Shown: positions 11,601 to 23,571 of the stretch, in pieces | Numbering within the stretch: position 1 is the stretch's first letter | How the letters are laid out: each line of letters begins with the position of its first letter | Source: Macrostomum lignano | Taxonomy: Eukaryota | DNA: 64,000 bases | Assembly: GCA_002269645.1 (NCBI GenBank) | Contig: NIVC01000420.1 | Span: 62,001 to 126,000, forward strand | Reading direction: 5' to 3' | The notes under the pieces: model-generated | Told to the model about the DNA's origin: nothing | What the model saw: the letters and a program-made list of their open reading frames with translations, nothing else | Database searches by the model: none | Position numbers and translations under genes: made by a program

Positions 11601-12983
11601 ATCTTAGTCAGGAATTATAGGTTTTTTAAATCGATACAATTTTCAAGGAAGTTCTGCTGTAGTGTACATGTCCTGCAGATAAAGACGTTCCGATCAACAA
11701 AGTTAGAAAGCGAAGTTCAATTCACTGTTTCGGGGTCTGTTTACGCAAAATGCATTTCCTGAGAAGTCAGAGCCTATGCCGTGCGCTGCGCACCATATGG
11801 GCCGAGGGTTATGCTTGTTTTCGGTACCACATAGTATAGTCTTCATTCTGACCTAAAAGGCCGAAATCTAGATCTAATCTAGATCTGTCTGGCCGCCTAC
11901 GGTTGTTATAGTTATTTTAGGATAAGCTAACACATGCTTGCGCTGTTTCTAATCCAAAAGTGCACGCGAAAAAGGAAACACGGGCCCTGCATTAGTTTAA
12001 TGTCTCCAACTGAGAGGCTTAGTGTCTAGGAATTGTACCTTAACTTGTATTTCGGTGCAGATTCCTAGAAAGCATACGTTATGCTCATAGCTCGTAATTA
12101 TACGACGTAGATTATTAGCCAATAGCGATAGGCAACTGCATAAACAAAAAACACTTTGATCATAGTAGAGACCATGATACTCGTAAACCACAATCAGAGT
12201 TTTCGCGAAGTTTACAGGCTTTTAGGGAAAAAAAACTCACAGACTGAGTTGCTTGTCATAGCTGTCGCATGCAAGATGGCACAAAACCGATTAGGTTCTG
12301 GATATCACGTTTGATGAGAGAGTGAAGTTTGCGATGAAGTATCAGCTAACAGAGGAACACGGGAAGTGTAGGGCAAATATCTTTTTGATCTTTTTTCTAA
12401 AAGAGAGAGAGACAGCTCCAGGGTTTAGCAAGTTTTGGTCGCGACTCTCCGGGAGGTCCGCTGGTTAGAAGAGGCTGTGGCGAAGGTCGATATTAGACTG
12501 TTCAGTAGGTTGTTACTTCAACCTACGCCGCTACTAAACATGCTGGATGAAACTCGATCAGTTGTAACGGACCATTGCCAATCATGTGACTAAGGGCTGC
12601 GCGGCTATCAGTGGAATATGATCAGAATTATACAGTTGTAAGTCAAAAACCAGGTCGAAGTTACAGTTTATTAAAATAGAAAAAAATACAAATTTCTGAA
12701 AAATTATGCTTAATGGCTGCTTTTTATGCAAAGGTTTTGTTATTATTTTTAATTAGCGCCTCTTTTTCAGGTGTCGAATCATTCGGGCCTGCCAGTAAGA
12801 GTTTTGTCAGCAAGGCCTCTACAACAGCAGCAACAGCAGCAACAGCAGCAACAGAACTTACAGCGTCACCAAACAAGCATTTGTATATTTTCAAGACCAA
12901 GTGCCAATGGTAGTCGCATCCCGGTACCAATCAGACGCCTGCCAGCAGCGTCTGCAGCTAAGACCGGCATTGCAGACAGATAA
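8699..12983 (+). CDS. Small (~196 aa) Gln-rich orphan protein, 3 coding exons, with SxIP motif
   Basis: Exons 8699-8769, 8858-9164, 12771-12983; GT-AG introns with consistent phases (2, 0); in-frame stop upstream of the ATG; AATAAA near 13036; GSRIPVP near the C-terminus. Confidence 0.7.
9238..11477 (+). mobile_element. 2,240-bp solo-LTR-like element (probably Gypsy-type) in intron 2 of the orphan gene
   Basis: Termini TGATGTAACC...GGTTACATCA (10-bp perfect inverted repeat, TG..CA); exact 4-bp TSD CAGT (9234-9237 and 11478-11481); internal CCAAT (10119) and TATAAAA (10173); no gag/pol seen. Confidence 0.8.
10085..10180 (+). promoter_or_regulatory. LTR core promoter: AP-1 (TGACTCA), CRE (TGACGTCA), CCAAT, TATA
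   Basis: TGACTCA 10089, TGACGTCA 10099, CCAAT 10119, TATAAAA 10173, in canonical order. Confidence 0.6.
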
Positions 12984-13960
12984 AAAGCCAAATGGATTGC
13001 CACAGCGCAACATCCGAGGAGAAATGGAACTTCAAAATAAAAAGAAGAGAGAGAGCATCAAAATGTCTTGCCTGGTTTGTCTGCTTAATTTGTTCATTAT
13101 TGTCAATTAATTGTACTCTCAGACTTTAAAGTGAACTTATTGCGAATTTTATCTCATTCTACTGACATGCATAAAGAATAAAATAATATTTTAATCGCAG
13201 CAAGAAAACGCTATGACTACAAATATCATTTTAGTAATTATATTCGAATGCGAAATGCACTGTGCGTATTGTGAACTTTTCAAGCACCGTTTAGTCTTTC
13301 AAAACAAACATAAGCTGCTGTTTCAATCGTATTTATACTGAAAGGAAAGACTTTGACAACTGTTTTATCCTGTATTTATTCCGAAGAAAGCAATGTCCCA
13401 TTTTTAGCTATTTTACGGCAAAATTCAAGCTAATGGACATCTAAAGTACAAGTAAAAGGAAGGTTATGTAAGTTAAAACTATGTGCTGACGGTATAGGAA
13501 AATTTTCTTTTATAACAAAAACCTCATAACATGGCTTGACGAGAGGCCTATTATCAAGGAAAGCAAAAGTATTGGTACACTCTATTTTTGATTGAAGACA
13601 CGTAAGGAAAGTATGGATATGGCGTTCCACACGCAACCGGCCATGAAGTACATAACCACCAAGACTCCAACAAAGTTCATACGACTTGCTAGAGTGGCAT
13701 TCCGTGCATTCAGAAAAAAATGTAGCAGTGAAATTTTAGTGAAGTTTATTAGACATTGTTTTAGCTCCTAGATCCAAACTCTTCAAAATAATAGGCCAGA
13801 GACTTATTTCTGTCTTTTCAGAAAACACTACCTCTAGACTCCTCGAGAGTAGAAATATAATTATTAGGGACGCATCGCCCTCCTTCATTTTATTACAAAC
13901 TTTGAACTCCGAACTTATTTTTAGGGTGTCAGAATGCTTTATAGTAGATTTAAATATATG

Positions 13961-14195
13961 GCCTGCTAGAAAGTAGATAGTTCTGCAAGACAGTAGATAG
14001 ATTTGCTAGAAAGTAGATAGATATGCAAGGACGAAGATAGATTTGCTAGAAAGTAGATAGATATGCAAGGACGAAGATAGATTTGCTAGAAAGTAGATAG
14101 ATCTGCTAGAAAGTAGATAGATCTGCTAAAAAGTAGATAGATCTGCTAGAAAGTAGATAGATCTGCTAGAAAGCAGTTAGATCTTCTAGGAAGTA
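13961..14195. repeat. ~20-bp minisatellite (ATCTGCTAGAAAGTAGATAG), ~11 units with variants
   Basis: Direct tandem copies. Confidence 0.85.
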
Positions 14196-14588
14196 GCTGA
14201 ATGAACAACGGTAATTTTTTCTCTTTTTGTTTTACAAAACTTAAAAAATAATAATGGGCTTGAAGTCAGTAATCTTACAATTGAGTTTTAGAAGATAACT
14301 AAGCTGCTAAAATGACCCATTGAAGTCGGGATCTGTGCTCAAATCTTTAATTAAGGTAGCTACTGAACTTCAACTCAGGCAACTCACCATTACAACAGGC
14401 AACGCACCAAGAGAGAACGCGGGAGCGACCCTTGAACGACAACTTACAGTTTTCTGATACCCTTCATTTTCATAAAATGTTACGGATGTTACGGATGAGA
14501 AGAATAAATTGCTAGCTATAAACATTGCTGCAGAAAAGAAGAGCAGAATCCTCAACAGAGCTTAAGCATGAATTGAGGATTCTGGGGG

Positions 14589-14960
14589 TTATTCCCCACT
14601 TGGGTCTGGCCATAGACTACAGAAACGCATTCATTCCCCACTTGGGCCAGGCCATAGACTACAGAGACGCATTCATTCCCCACTTGGGCCAGGCCATAGA
14701 CTACAGAGACGCATTCATTCCCCACTTCGGCCAGGCCAAAGACTACCGAAACGCATTCATTCCCCACTTGGGCCTAGCCATAGACTACCGAAACGCATTC
14801 ATTCCCCACTTGGGCCTAGCCATAGACTACCGAAACGCATTCATTCCCCACTTGGGCCAGGCCATAGACTACCGAAACGCATTCATTCCCCACTTGGGCC
14901 TGGCCATAGACTACAGAAACGCATTCATTCCCCACTTGGGCCTGGCCATAGACTACAGAA
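14589..14960. repeat. 42-bp minisatellite (TTCATTCCCCACTTGGGCCAGGCCATAGACTACAGAGACGCA) x ~9
   Basis: Direct tandem copies without spacers. Confidence 0.92.
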
Positions 14961-15524
14961 GCGGACACAAAAACTTCTCTAAATGTATCTCGGTTGATTA
15001 AAGCAGTGCTATAAAGTTACTATTTTTGTTTAAATAGACAAGGATTTATTCCTGGATCTATTACAGGATCTTCACAGGCCATCGAATGTTTCTGCAGCAT
15101 AGAATTTATTACCCGGAAAATAGAAAGGCTCATTTATACACAAGAAACTTCGTCAAGCTCAGGTAAGAAACTCTTAGGAAAATAACCCACTCACGACTCT
15201 CGTCTCCTTAGATTGCGTCGATATATGAGAGCCGGCACGTTCTGTCTACCGCATAAAAATATTGAATCTTTAGTCAAGGATAAGACCGTCCGCACGTTTT
15301 AGATTCGACTTGCATGACTTGACGAATTTGAATGTAACAACTCAATGGAAGTAAAAATTTACACAGATTTCAAAACATGGGTTTAATTAAAGCCAAAAAT
15401 GTATCTGCCCACGTTAAATATTTTGACTGCAATATCCTTATTTTTATCTCAATTATTAATCGGCAAACGTTTTTATCTCGGATGAAGAATCTATAGCTTA
15501 TGGCTGCTCATGGCTGCTCATAAC

Positions 15525-15830
15525 ACATGACCAGATGAAAGAGGAAATGAGAGGGAATAAAGGGGAGAGAAGAGGGGAGAGGTGAGAGAGGCGATAAGAT
15601 AACTAAGGTAAGATAACTAAGAGAACTAAGATAAGATAACTATAGAGAACTAAGATAAGAGATAAGAGAAGAGAAGAGAGAGGATTAGGCAGATGAGTGA
15701 GGAGAGGAGAGTGAAGAGAGAAGAAAGAAGGGAGCTGAGGAGAGACACAAACCTTGAGCAGGCCGGATTGCTATTGTGAAATTTCAAAGCACCCGTGGGC
15801 CGGATAGAGGCTTCGAGGGCCGCATTTGGA
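15525..15830 (+). mobile_element. Short/older copy of the polypurine-carrying hAT-like non-autonomous family
   Basis: Shares GAGACACAA..CCTTGAGC..CGGATTGCTATT..GATAGAG.GCTTCG.GGGCCG subterminal sequence with 61460-61545; GA-rich core. Confidence 0.6.
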
Positions 15831-16019
15831 CTGTAATCTTAGTCGGTTATTTTCTTTTTAGTAATCTTGAATGGGTACAAGCATCCTTGTCCCCCTATTC
15901 CATCATCCTATTGGCCGTGTTGATTATCAACAAGCTTCTTTCCTAGAGTTTCTAAAAGCGGTATCATTTGATTCTCATTATAAAGTTAATTAAATAAAAC
16001 GAAGAAGTCAAAGCGAATT

Positions 16020-16950
16020 CTGGAAAATCATATTGTGATGCTACAATTCAGTCGCCATGTCGTCAACCTGCTGCTCAGCGTCAAACTCCTAGCGTTTAAC
16101 AGCAGGACCATCTCAACCACTGCCTGGCAAAACGCTTTCAAACAGGGCCTTGGACTAAAAGCAGCTCAGGCAAGCCGCAGATCATCGAAGATTTTTGAAA
16201 CCAACGTGACGAGGTAGCCGAACTTCTGATCTCGCGGCAGTTTGCCGGTCCGACAGCGACTGGGAACCAAATTGCAGCCTCGATGCACACAGAGCACAGC
16301 TTTCTTCGGAAGGTTGATCACCAGAGCTATTACAGATGTTTCTGAATGCCTTCGACGGTTAGAGGTAGCAGGGCGAGATCGTCGGCGCAGCCAAGCGCGC
16401 CGCAAGGTCTCACCGGTTTGTGTCGCCCCACGCTTTACCGCAGTAGAAAGCCTTCGTCATTGGTTGGAAGACCAGTCCACAGCACCCAGGCACCAAAACG
16501 AACAACTGAAACTCTCCTCTGCCAGCAATGACAGCTTCGGCGGCAGCGTCAGATTGTCTGGCAGCAGGAGTGGTGACGCTTTCCAAGTTCAGCGGAACGC
16601 GCCGCTTTCGTCCTGTCAGAGTGATAGCGGACAAGGCCACACGCCTCCTGGCCCAGCGGTAGAGACAGCTTGAATTGCGTCATCAGGGCCTCCCCGCCTC
16701 TCGGGTTGGTCGCCAGCTCAATCAGAACCTACCTAGCGCTTTCCTCTCTTGCTGAATGCCAAGGGTTGTCCCTATTGAACCGGCTGTCTGTGCTCGCATC
16801 AGCTGTACTGTACTGCCTGTTTGACACGTGTTCCGCGAACTTGGACACCGATAGCAGCGGTGAAGCTGTTTGCAAAGTTGGCAAAGCAGATTGCGTAGAC
16901 GAAAGTCAATGATTTTGGCCTCAAAACTGTTATACACGGCCACCCTCATT
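16020..16950 (-). mobile_element. Older, internally deleted fragment of the RTE family at 4745-6830
   Basis: Colinear similarity, e.g. GGCGGCAGCGTCAGA.TGTCTGGCAGC and GGGCGAGATCGTCGGCG, to 5400-6480. Confidence 0.75.
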
Positions 16951-17899
16951 CTCTGCGCGGGCTATTTTATTCCAAATGCACATTGAGCTAATGTACGTGC
17001 AAGGTTGGTGTACGTGTAATTGAATGTACATTTCTCTCGTATTGAACCCTTAGGTTGGCTCTTAAATATATATATCGTAACCAATGCCCAAGTCGGGGCC
17101 GAAGTCTTACTCAGCAAATTATCTCGGTTTCGCGTCAGTCACTACAAAAACCAACGGTGTGGTGGAGCGGGGCTCACGAAAGCCGTCATTGAGCTTGTGT
17201 TTTTGCTTGAGCTCGAGCATCTCACAATGCGTTCGCATATTTTTTCCTACGTCTATTCACATACTACTATGGCATAAAAAACCTTCAATAGCCCTTTTCA
17301 ATTGAATGTAAACAGAATTTTTATTTTTAGACCTGCTGAGCTGTCAACCATACAATCGATGGATCAGTTTTCCCATTTTTATAAATGACAGACAAAAAAG
17401 ACTTATTTTCAATTTCCCAACCTTTATGCTCAGATTTTGTGGATCTATGCTTGTACAGTAGAATTCCTCTCAAGCCCACTGTACCCTTGAAGCAGCGTTA
17501 CCTAACAAGTTTTCCCATCGCCTTTGTTTAAATTAGGTGGGTAAAAATAAAATTGTGATGCATTTTCAATTTGCTCTTCAATTTTTTTATCAGCCACTTT
17601 AGAGTAACCTAAGACACTAGAATTTTTTGTACCGCATTGTTTACTGAATAGCGTATGCGGATCTTTCTGTGTAGAAATTCAACCAGAAGTCAGAATAATG
17701 TCACTTGACCGAAAAGCGTGGTGTTCATTTTTATAGATAGGAGAGCTTTCATCAGGCCCCGAAGCAAGGAGTCCTAGAACAAGAACCTGCAGCACGAGCT
17801 AGCAAATCTTTCCCGAAAATCAAATTTTCAGACGCAGTTATCTAACTTTTACTAAAGTCTTTTAATCTGAGTAAAAATTATCGTAATATGTCTAGAGTT

Positions 17900-18200
17900 A
17901 GTGCCAGGGCTTGGCAGGACAGACTCTTCCACCAACGCCTCGAGCGGCAGTGCTGTATGGTCCATTTCTCAGAGGATTTTTCAGAAGTTACTGCTACATC
18001 TGAGGTGACAGTCGGAGCGAACTGTGCCTATTGCATCCTAGAAAACGTAGACGCTACATACTGCCTAGCCTTCACAAGGCACCGGCTTCACCACCTAGGG
18101 CCAAACCCACAAATCGATGAAACATGCCAACCCGAGAACATTCCACGGCTCGTCAGGTTCCTCCAGATCACAAGGCGAGCCTCTACCTTCCCAACCGAAG
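17900..18200 (+). mobile_element. Possible 3' remnant of another non-LTR element
   Basis: Translation CAYCILENVDAT..RHRLHHLG..P..LVRFL resembles the C-terminal Cys/His region of LINE ORF2; weak. Confidence 0.35.
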
Positions 18201-18214
18201 ACGCGCAGTAGGAA

Positions 18215-18600
18215 CGATCGGCAAAATTCCCTGATCTGCCTCGCTCCAAGTTATTATAACTTCAGCCAGCAGCAGCAGGACTTCTTGCACTGGCTGTGGG
18301 CAGTACAACTCGGGATGAATAATGTGGCCTGCCAGCTGGAGTCGCCTGCAGCTTACGAGAGTCGGTTGAAAGGGCCGGGCCGGCACGGTGATATAGTGCT
18401 ACGTTGGTATCTCGTTTTCGCCGATCTTGAAGGCGGCGCGCAGCTGGACAGCCGAGTCAACTTACTGTTCAAGCGAGTCCGTCAGCGTCCAGCTCCTGGC
18501 GTTGTAAAGCAGGACGGTCTCGACCATGTGGCTATGGATGCTGTCCGTAGCCTTATAAACCTCACCTACGCGCTCGTAATTTCTGTCATCCCCACTTCGA
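18215..18600 (-). mobile_element. RTE 3' fragment, same family as 4745-5100
   Basis: ETVLLYNA.SWTLT and RRLQLAGHII..E.YCPQPVQEVLLL motifs; DNA similarity to 4830-5075. Confidence 0.8.
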
Positions 18601-19211
18601 CTTCTTTTTAAAGGTGAATAAGCTAACTAGCGTCCTTTCTTATTTTGAAAATCGGCCTTCGTCTTAGGTTTCCATGACGATAACTTAGTTTGGGTGGGGC
18701 AGCTGCCGAATTCATCAGTGCGCAAGGGAAGCTCTAGCAGTTCGCAGCACGATTATTCATCAGTTTTTCTTCCCCTGTCTAGGTAGCACCATCCGCAGTT
18801 GCTATGGGTTCAATTAATGCAAGAAGCGATATCAAATTCAATTAACTCCGAACAATGGAGCTCGGACAACACAGCGCCCCTTCGCTTCCTTTTGCCTTTC
18901 ATAATACGAATTTTGAGCTGAAAATTTCAATTTCAACGAAACTGAATCTGAGGGCTGCTGGCTTGATGACGTGTAAACATTAGACAATATCTTTGTAACA
19001 TAGTGTACTCTTTAAATTTTCTGAACTGTGCAACGATGAACCCTTACCTAGGAAACTCTACTAGTGAAAGTTACAAAGTCTTTAACGAGTCAAGTACACT
19101 ATGGCTAAGCAGTGAATTCGATGCGATGCCATGTATATTGCTTAAGGTTGTTTGCAATAAATTACATCAAAGGCTAAAAAGTACTGGTACTTTAACTGCG
19201 CGCTGGTTGTA

Positions 19212-20187
19212 CTTCGGTGTGTCATAAGTAATGTCACTGATGTGAAAACAGACGAACTTGCAATCGCAGATGAACAAAACTGTACCACTCAACAACATAG
19301 AGTCCCCCAATATCAATCACCCTCTGGCAGTGCTCATACAGCTTGTCCACCTCAGCCTGCAGGTGTTTTTCCTCCAACTGCCATAACCAGTGCAACGCAG
19401 CCTGTTTTACCTCTTCATGGTTTGCGAAACTCTTCTTGGAAAAGTCAGCCTTCAGCCATTTGAACAGGAATCTCTTGCAAAAGTTGAAGTCTGGGCTGTA
19501 GGGACTGTCAGAGCATATTCACTTGCCGTGCAGGCAGAAAATTCGAAACAGCCTTCAGGTGTGCAGCCGTGCGGTGTCCATCTGCCACAGAACCTCGTCC
19601 AGGTGACATGGATTTGACCGGAGAGTGCACCAGAGGTCCCCAGTGTGCCGGAAAAAGTCGATAAAGTACTGGCCATCGACCTTGGTGTTCGGTGGAGTTG
19701 TGCAGATGGAGACTCGTTTGTTTGGCGTGAAGGCTACCAGCAGCATGGTCTTCTTGTCCGAGATGGACTTCCTGGTCACAGTCGCCCTGGAGTCCCCAGC
19801 TCCCAACCAGCAGCGATTATCTGCCTTGCTGCCCTTGCCATCCAGGTGGAGCCAGCTTTCATCCTCAGCAACCAGGCAGTTTAGGATGTCATTCAAGCCC
19901 TGGCTGCTAAACACCTTGCGGATCTGCTTGGTGCAGGCGTCATGTCGAGATTCATGGTGATTTTTGTTCGCTGCATAGACGATTTTTCATCGCGTTGCAC
20001 TTGCTAAATCTGCTTGGCGTATTCTTGCGATAGCTTGGGCCATAAACAACCTATGCACGTCTCAAATGCACTGCTATTGCTTCACTAAGTATACTTTTCA
20101 GCTACACAGGTACACTACCCACAAGTCCATGTGCCTACATATTTTAGACAGAAGCCTGCAGTGACATTACTTATGACACACCCGAAG
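19212..20187 (-). mobile_element. Internally deleted/decayed Tc1-mariner (mariner-like) DNA transposon
   Basis: ~28-bp TIRs CTTCGGTGTGTCATAAGTAATGTCACTG flanked by TA on both sides; transposase fragment with DESW and WQMDTARLH (first two catalytic Asp). Confidence 0.88.
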
Positions 20188-21408
20188 TAAATTTTAGGTG
20201 CTGCGAAATTTCCGTTGCTGAGAAAATACGAGTGGAAACACCGAAATATCGCATCGAGGCTCACAGGGTTTCTTTTCAACTGGTCCTGAATCATGAGACA
20301 TGAGACGTGAGAGCACCAGGGAGACACAGAGTCAGCCTTAGCAGTTTTAGATGGCACTCAGAAACCGAGCCGAAACGTTCGAGTTCAGTAACTTTCTGAA
20401 CGACCTCTATGATACTGTTTTGTGTGCGGACTTCGAGGCACACACGTGCATGCTTACCGTCAGAGCACTCACTCTTCTAAAGTGGTGGAAACAAAAAAAT
20501 GGAGCCACCGGCTGCAGATTTATCAACTGGACTCGCACCAGCACAGCTCCTTCTAGGCCGCAAGTTGTGGACTCACAAGGGCCTCATGCGCCTCTCGGTC
20601 CGTAATCAAGCTCTCCACTCTCGGGCGAGCAAATGATGTCTGTACATGTGAGCCAGGGAATAAAAGGATTCGATTAATAATGCAAGGACAGTTATATTTC
20701 CAAGTAATTGAAGGGGCATATGAAATGATCGGACTCAGTCTTTGTTTCATCTTGTAAACTGAACCAGACACCACAGGTGGCTCGTTAGTTTCTACCCGAT
20801 CCAATTAGCGAATGGATGCCAATTTCGAGTAACTTAACTACAGCCGTACACACTGTGGGAGGAAATCTTTGCTTCGTGTATCCTTGCATACGAATTAACG
20901 TCCTGTTATTTACCTACCCTCTATTCACTACCATTCACTATTTATTATATTTATAGCCAAACCTGCTCAGAGGGTGAAAAAATACTCGATGTTATTTAGC
21001 TCTGGTAGATCTAATCTCCATCTCTTGTGTAAGCGTCACAAGAGTCGTCAATCATGGGAGAGGGGAATTATTCATAATTCATAAACTGTAAAATTCACAT
21101 GAACTAAACCTTTTTTATTTAACTAACTGACAGGTGCTGCACGATGCATAATCGAGACTCATTTTCAGTTTCAGTGCCTCTGCTCCCAACTCATCTTAGC
21201 TAATTGCTCAGTAATATAGCGCTGATTGGCTGATAGCTCGGCTCGAATCATGCCCACTCACTATTTATTATTCATGCTTGCTGAGAGGGAGAAGGAACAC
21301 TCGATGCTATCTATCTAGCTCTTGCAACCTTATCTCCATCTCTTGCGCTGAATTGCAATTGCAAAAAGCCTAAGCAAGGAAATTAGGAAAATCAAGAAAA
21401 CAGAAGTC

Positions 21409-22512
21409 ATGTCAAATAACCTCTCAAATCGAAACAACGACAGCCGCCTTGGCGAGCCGGGCTTGGCAGAACCCGACGTTGGCGGCCTGGCATCTGCTGG
21501 ACTGTCTCTGACGTGCTCTGGAGTTGCTCTGTTGCTGAACAGCTTGCTAATGCTGGCTCTCGTTCGGGGCAAAGTTCAAGAACGATGCAGCGGAATGGTT
21601 GTGCTCACTGGGACTGAGCTGCTGCTCAACCTGCTTCTGCCCGTGTTCCTGCTCAGCCAGATGCTCATGCCGCTAAACTCTGAGATTGACACACTTGGCG
21701 TCAGCGTGCATGCCTCCCAGGCTGTCCGCAACTGGTGGATGCTGGTCCTCACCGCCTACAGAGCTGTCATCACCACCAGGCCGCTGCTGGCTGGTCAGCC
21801 ATGCCGGCAGTTCCCGGTCCGCTACCAGGCCTGCCTACTGCTGGCCATTCTGTGCCTGTGCGGCGGGGAACTTCTCGTCGCCAGAGTCTGGAGCTTTACA
21901 GAAGAATCCGGGATGGCCGAGAACGTCACCACCAGCGACAAGCTTGAGGCCACAATGCAGACAATTCGAGTGTACTTGTGCAAGAATCTCAATTACGCTG
22001 TACTTGGCACCCTGTTGCCGGGCTTCTGTGTCCTCTGTCTGGCCTGCAAAATCTCTCAGCATATTCGAACTCGCTACTCGAACCACCGCGCCTCTCGTCG
22101 GGCCGCTCGCACCATCCTGCTGCTCTCTGTCGGCTTCGTGTTGCTGGAGTTTCCCTACGCACTGCTGAACTCTGCAGCCACCATCTACCTGTTGAAGCGG
22201 CTGACTCAACTACCGCTTAATGAGGCCGACTTCCGCACTTTGGGCCAGCTTGAAAATCTGCTCGGCTGGGGCATGGCAGTTGTTCCCATCAACTCCTGCT
22301 TGAATTTCGTCATTCTGCTCCGCTACAGCCGCTCCTTTCGTCAGCTGCTGCACTGGGGTGGCCACCATCAAAACCAACAACAGCAGCAGCGGCAGCAGCA
22401 GCAGCGGCAACAGCAACGGCAGCAGCAAAGGCAGCAGCAAAGGCAGCAGTGGCAGCAACGAAGACAGCATCTTCCGCGACAGCAGGTCGTGGTGATGCTT
22501 GAACGGTCGTGA
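21409..22512 (+). CDS. Intronless class-A (rhodopsin-like) GPCR, divergent, peptide-receptor/chemoreceptor-like, with polyQ tail
   Basis: 367 aa with seven hydrophobic segments; TM3 W.MLVLTAYR, TM6 F.LLEFP, TM7 NSCLNFVIL. Confidence 0.85.
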   Translation: MSNNLSNRNNDSRLGEPGLAEPDVGGLASAGLSLTCSGVALLLNSLLMLALVRGKVQERCSGMVVLTGTELLLNLLLPVFLLSQMLMPLNSEIDTLGVSVHASQAVRNWWMLVLTAYRAVITTRPLLAGQPCRQFPVRYQACLLLAILCLCGGELLVARVWSFTEESGMAENVTTSDKLEATMQTIRVYLCKNLNYAVLGTLLPGFCVLCLACKISQHIRTRYSNHRASRRAARTILLLSVGFVLLEFPYALLNSAATIYLLKRLTQLPLNEADFRTLGQLENLLGWGMAVVPINSCLNFVILLRYSRSFRQLLHWGGHHQNQQQQQRQQQQRQQQRQQQRQQQRQQWQQRRQHLPRQQVVVMLERS

Positions 22513-23384
22513 TTAAAAATTTTCAGACAATTTACTTTACTATATGATGTCCTATTCCCTTGTTTTAGTGAGACACCCGACTATTTTTAACCCGTGTTTA
22601 CTAACATCCTTGATCCACGCTAATATCTTGGTGAATATCAAAAATCAGTTTTGGCAAATATATAACGGCAATATTACAATACGAGCGAATATGTCAATTT
22701 TCTGAGACGTTGATTTTACTACTCAAGTCTTTCTACTTTGATGTTTACTCTATCGGTCGCTCAAGGTTTTCACAACTAAGCTCATTTAAGCAAAGCTTGA
22801 CTGAGAGGCCAATTAATGGTGCCGGCACGGCAGAACGGAAATTCGAGAACTAAGGGTGGATTTGAGGAAGACGGCAGTCCAGTTTTCAACCCCCGCATTC
22901 ACTCTCTCCCGAAGCACGTGCAGCTGCCCACGCAGTAAAGTTATAAATAGAAATTGAAATTAAATTGATAATACGAGCTAGATACGAGCTAAGGCATGGT
23001 ATGTTCGATTCAGAAAAAAACCTCTGGTCAGTAAGAAAAAAGCAGAGGATATCGAGCGCAATAACATTTTAGCTCTATTACTGAAGGTAATTTGATGCAT
23101 TAAACCCAAATTAATCAGGCTGATGACAATATTGAAAAATGTCAGTCATAGATCTTTCTGAATGTTTTTGATGTTTATTGGTAAGCTGTGCGAATGCATG
23201 ACTTTTATTTAATCAACTTTGCCTGTTCGCCTTGCCTATGTCCCTAGTGTTAAGCTCGCGGAGATTATTGGTAGCGTTAACTCCGCTACCATAGACAATA
23301 CAGGGAGCGGAGATTAACTCGTGCTAAATATAGATTGCCTCGAGGCTTACAGGCTGTTGATTAAATTAAAATGTGTAATAAATA

Positions 23385-23569
23385 CAATGTGTAATAAACC
23401 ACTGAAACGAGGAGATACTCTATGCAGAATCTCCGAGGCGAAGCGTATTTCCGAGGCGTATTTCAGTGGTGTAATAAACCACTGAAACGAGGAGATACTC
23501 TATGCGAGGCGAAGCCGAGGAGATTTTGCCATAGAGTATCTCCTCGTTTCAGTGGTTTATTACACATTG
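23385..23569. mobile_element. Palindromic (foldback) MITE with TA TSD
   Basis: Arms CAATGTGTAATAAACCACTGAAACGAGGAGATACTCTATG and its reverse complement; internal duplicate of one arm; central GAGGCGAAGCCGAGG; TA at 23383-84 and 23570-71. Confidence 0.75.
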
Positions 23570-23571
23570 TA

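Noticed and set aside
13430-13640. Possible Penelope-like RT remnants (also ~17420-17520) and a LINE-like remnant at ~12240-12650
   Set aside because: Only vague motif resemblance (e.g. FAFLD); cannot be supported without a profile search.
14589-14960. 30-42-bp repeats (also 2790, 37064, 38596) as CRISPR arrays
   Set aside because: Head-to-tail with no unique spacers, no cas genes, eukaryotic context.
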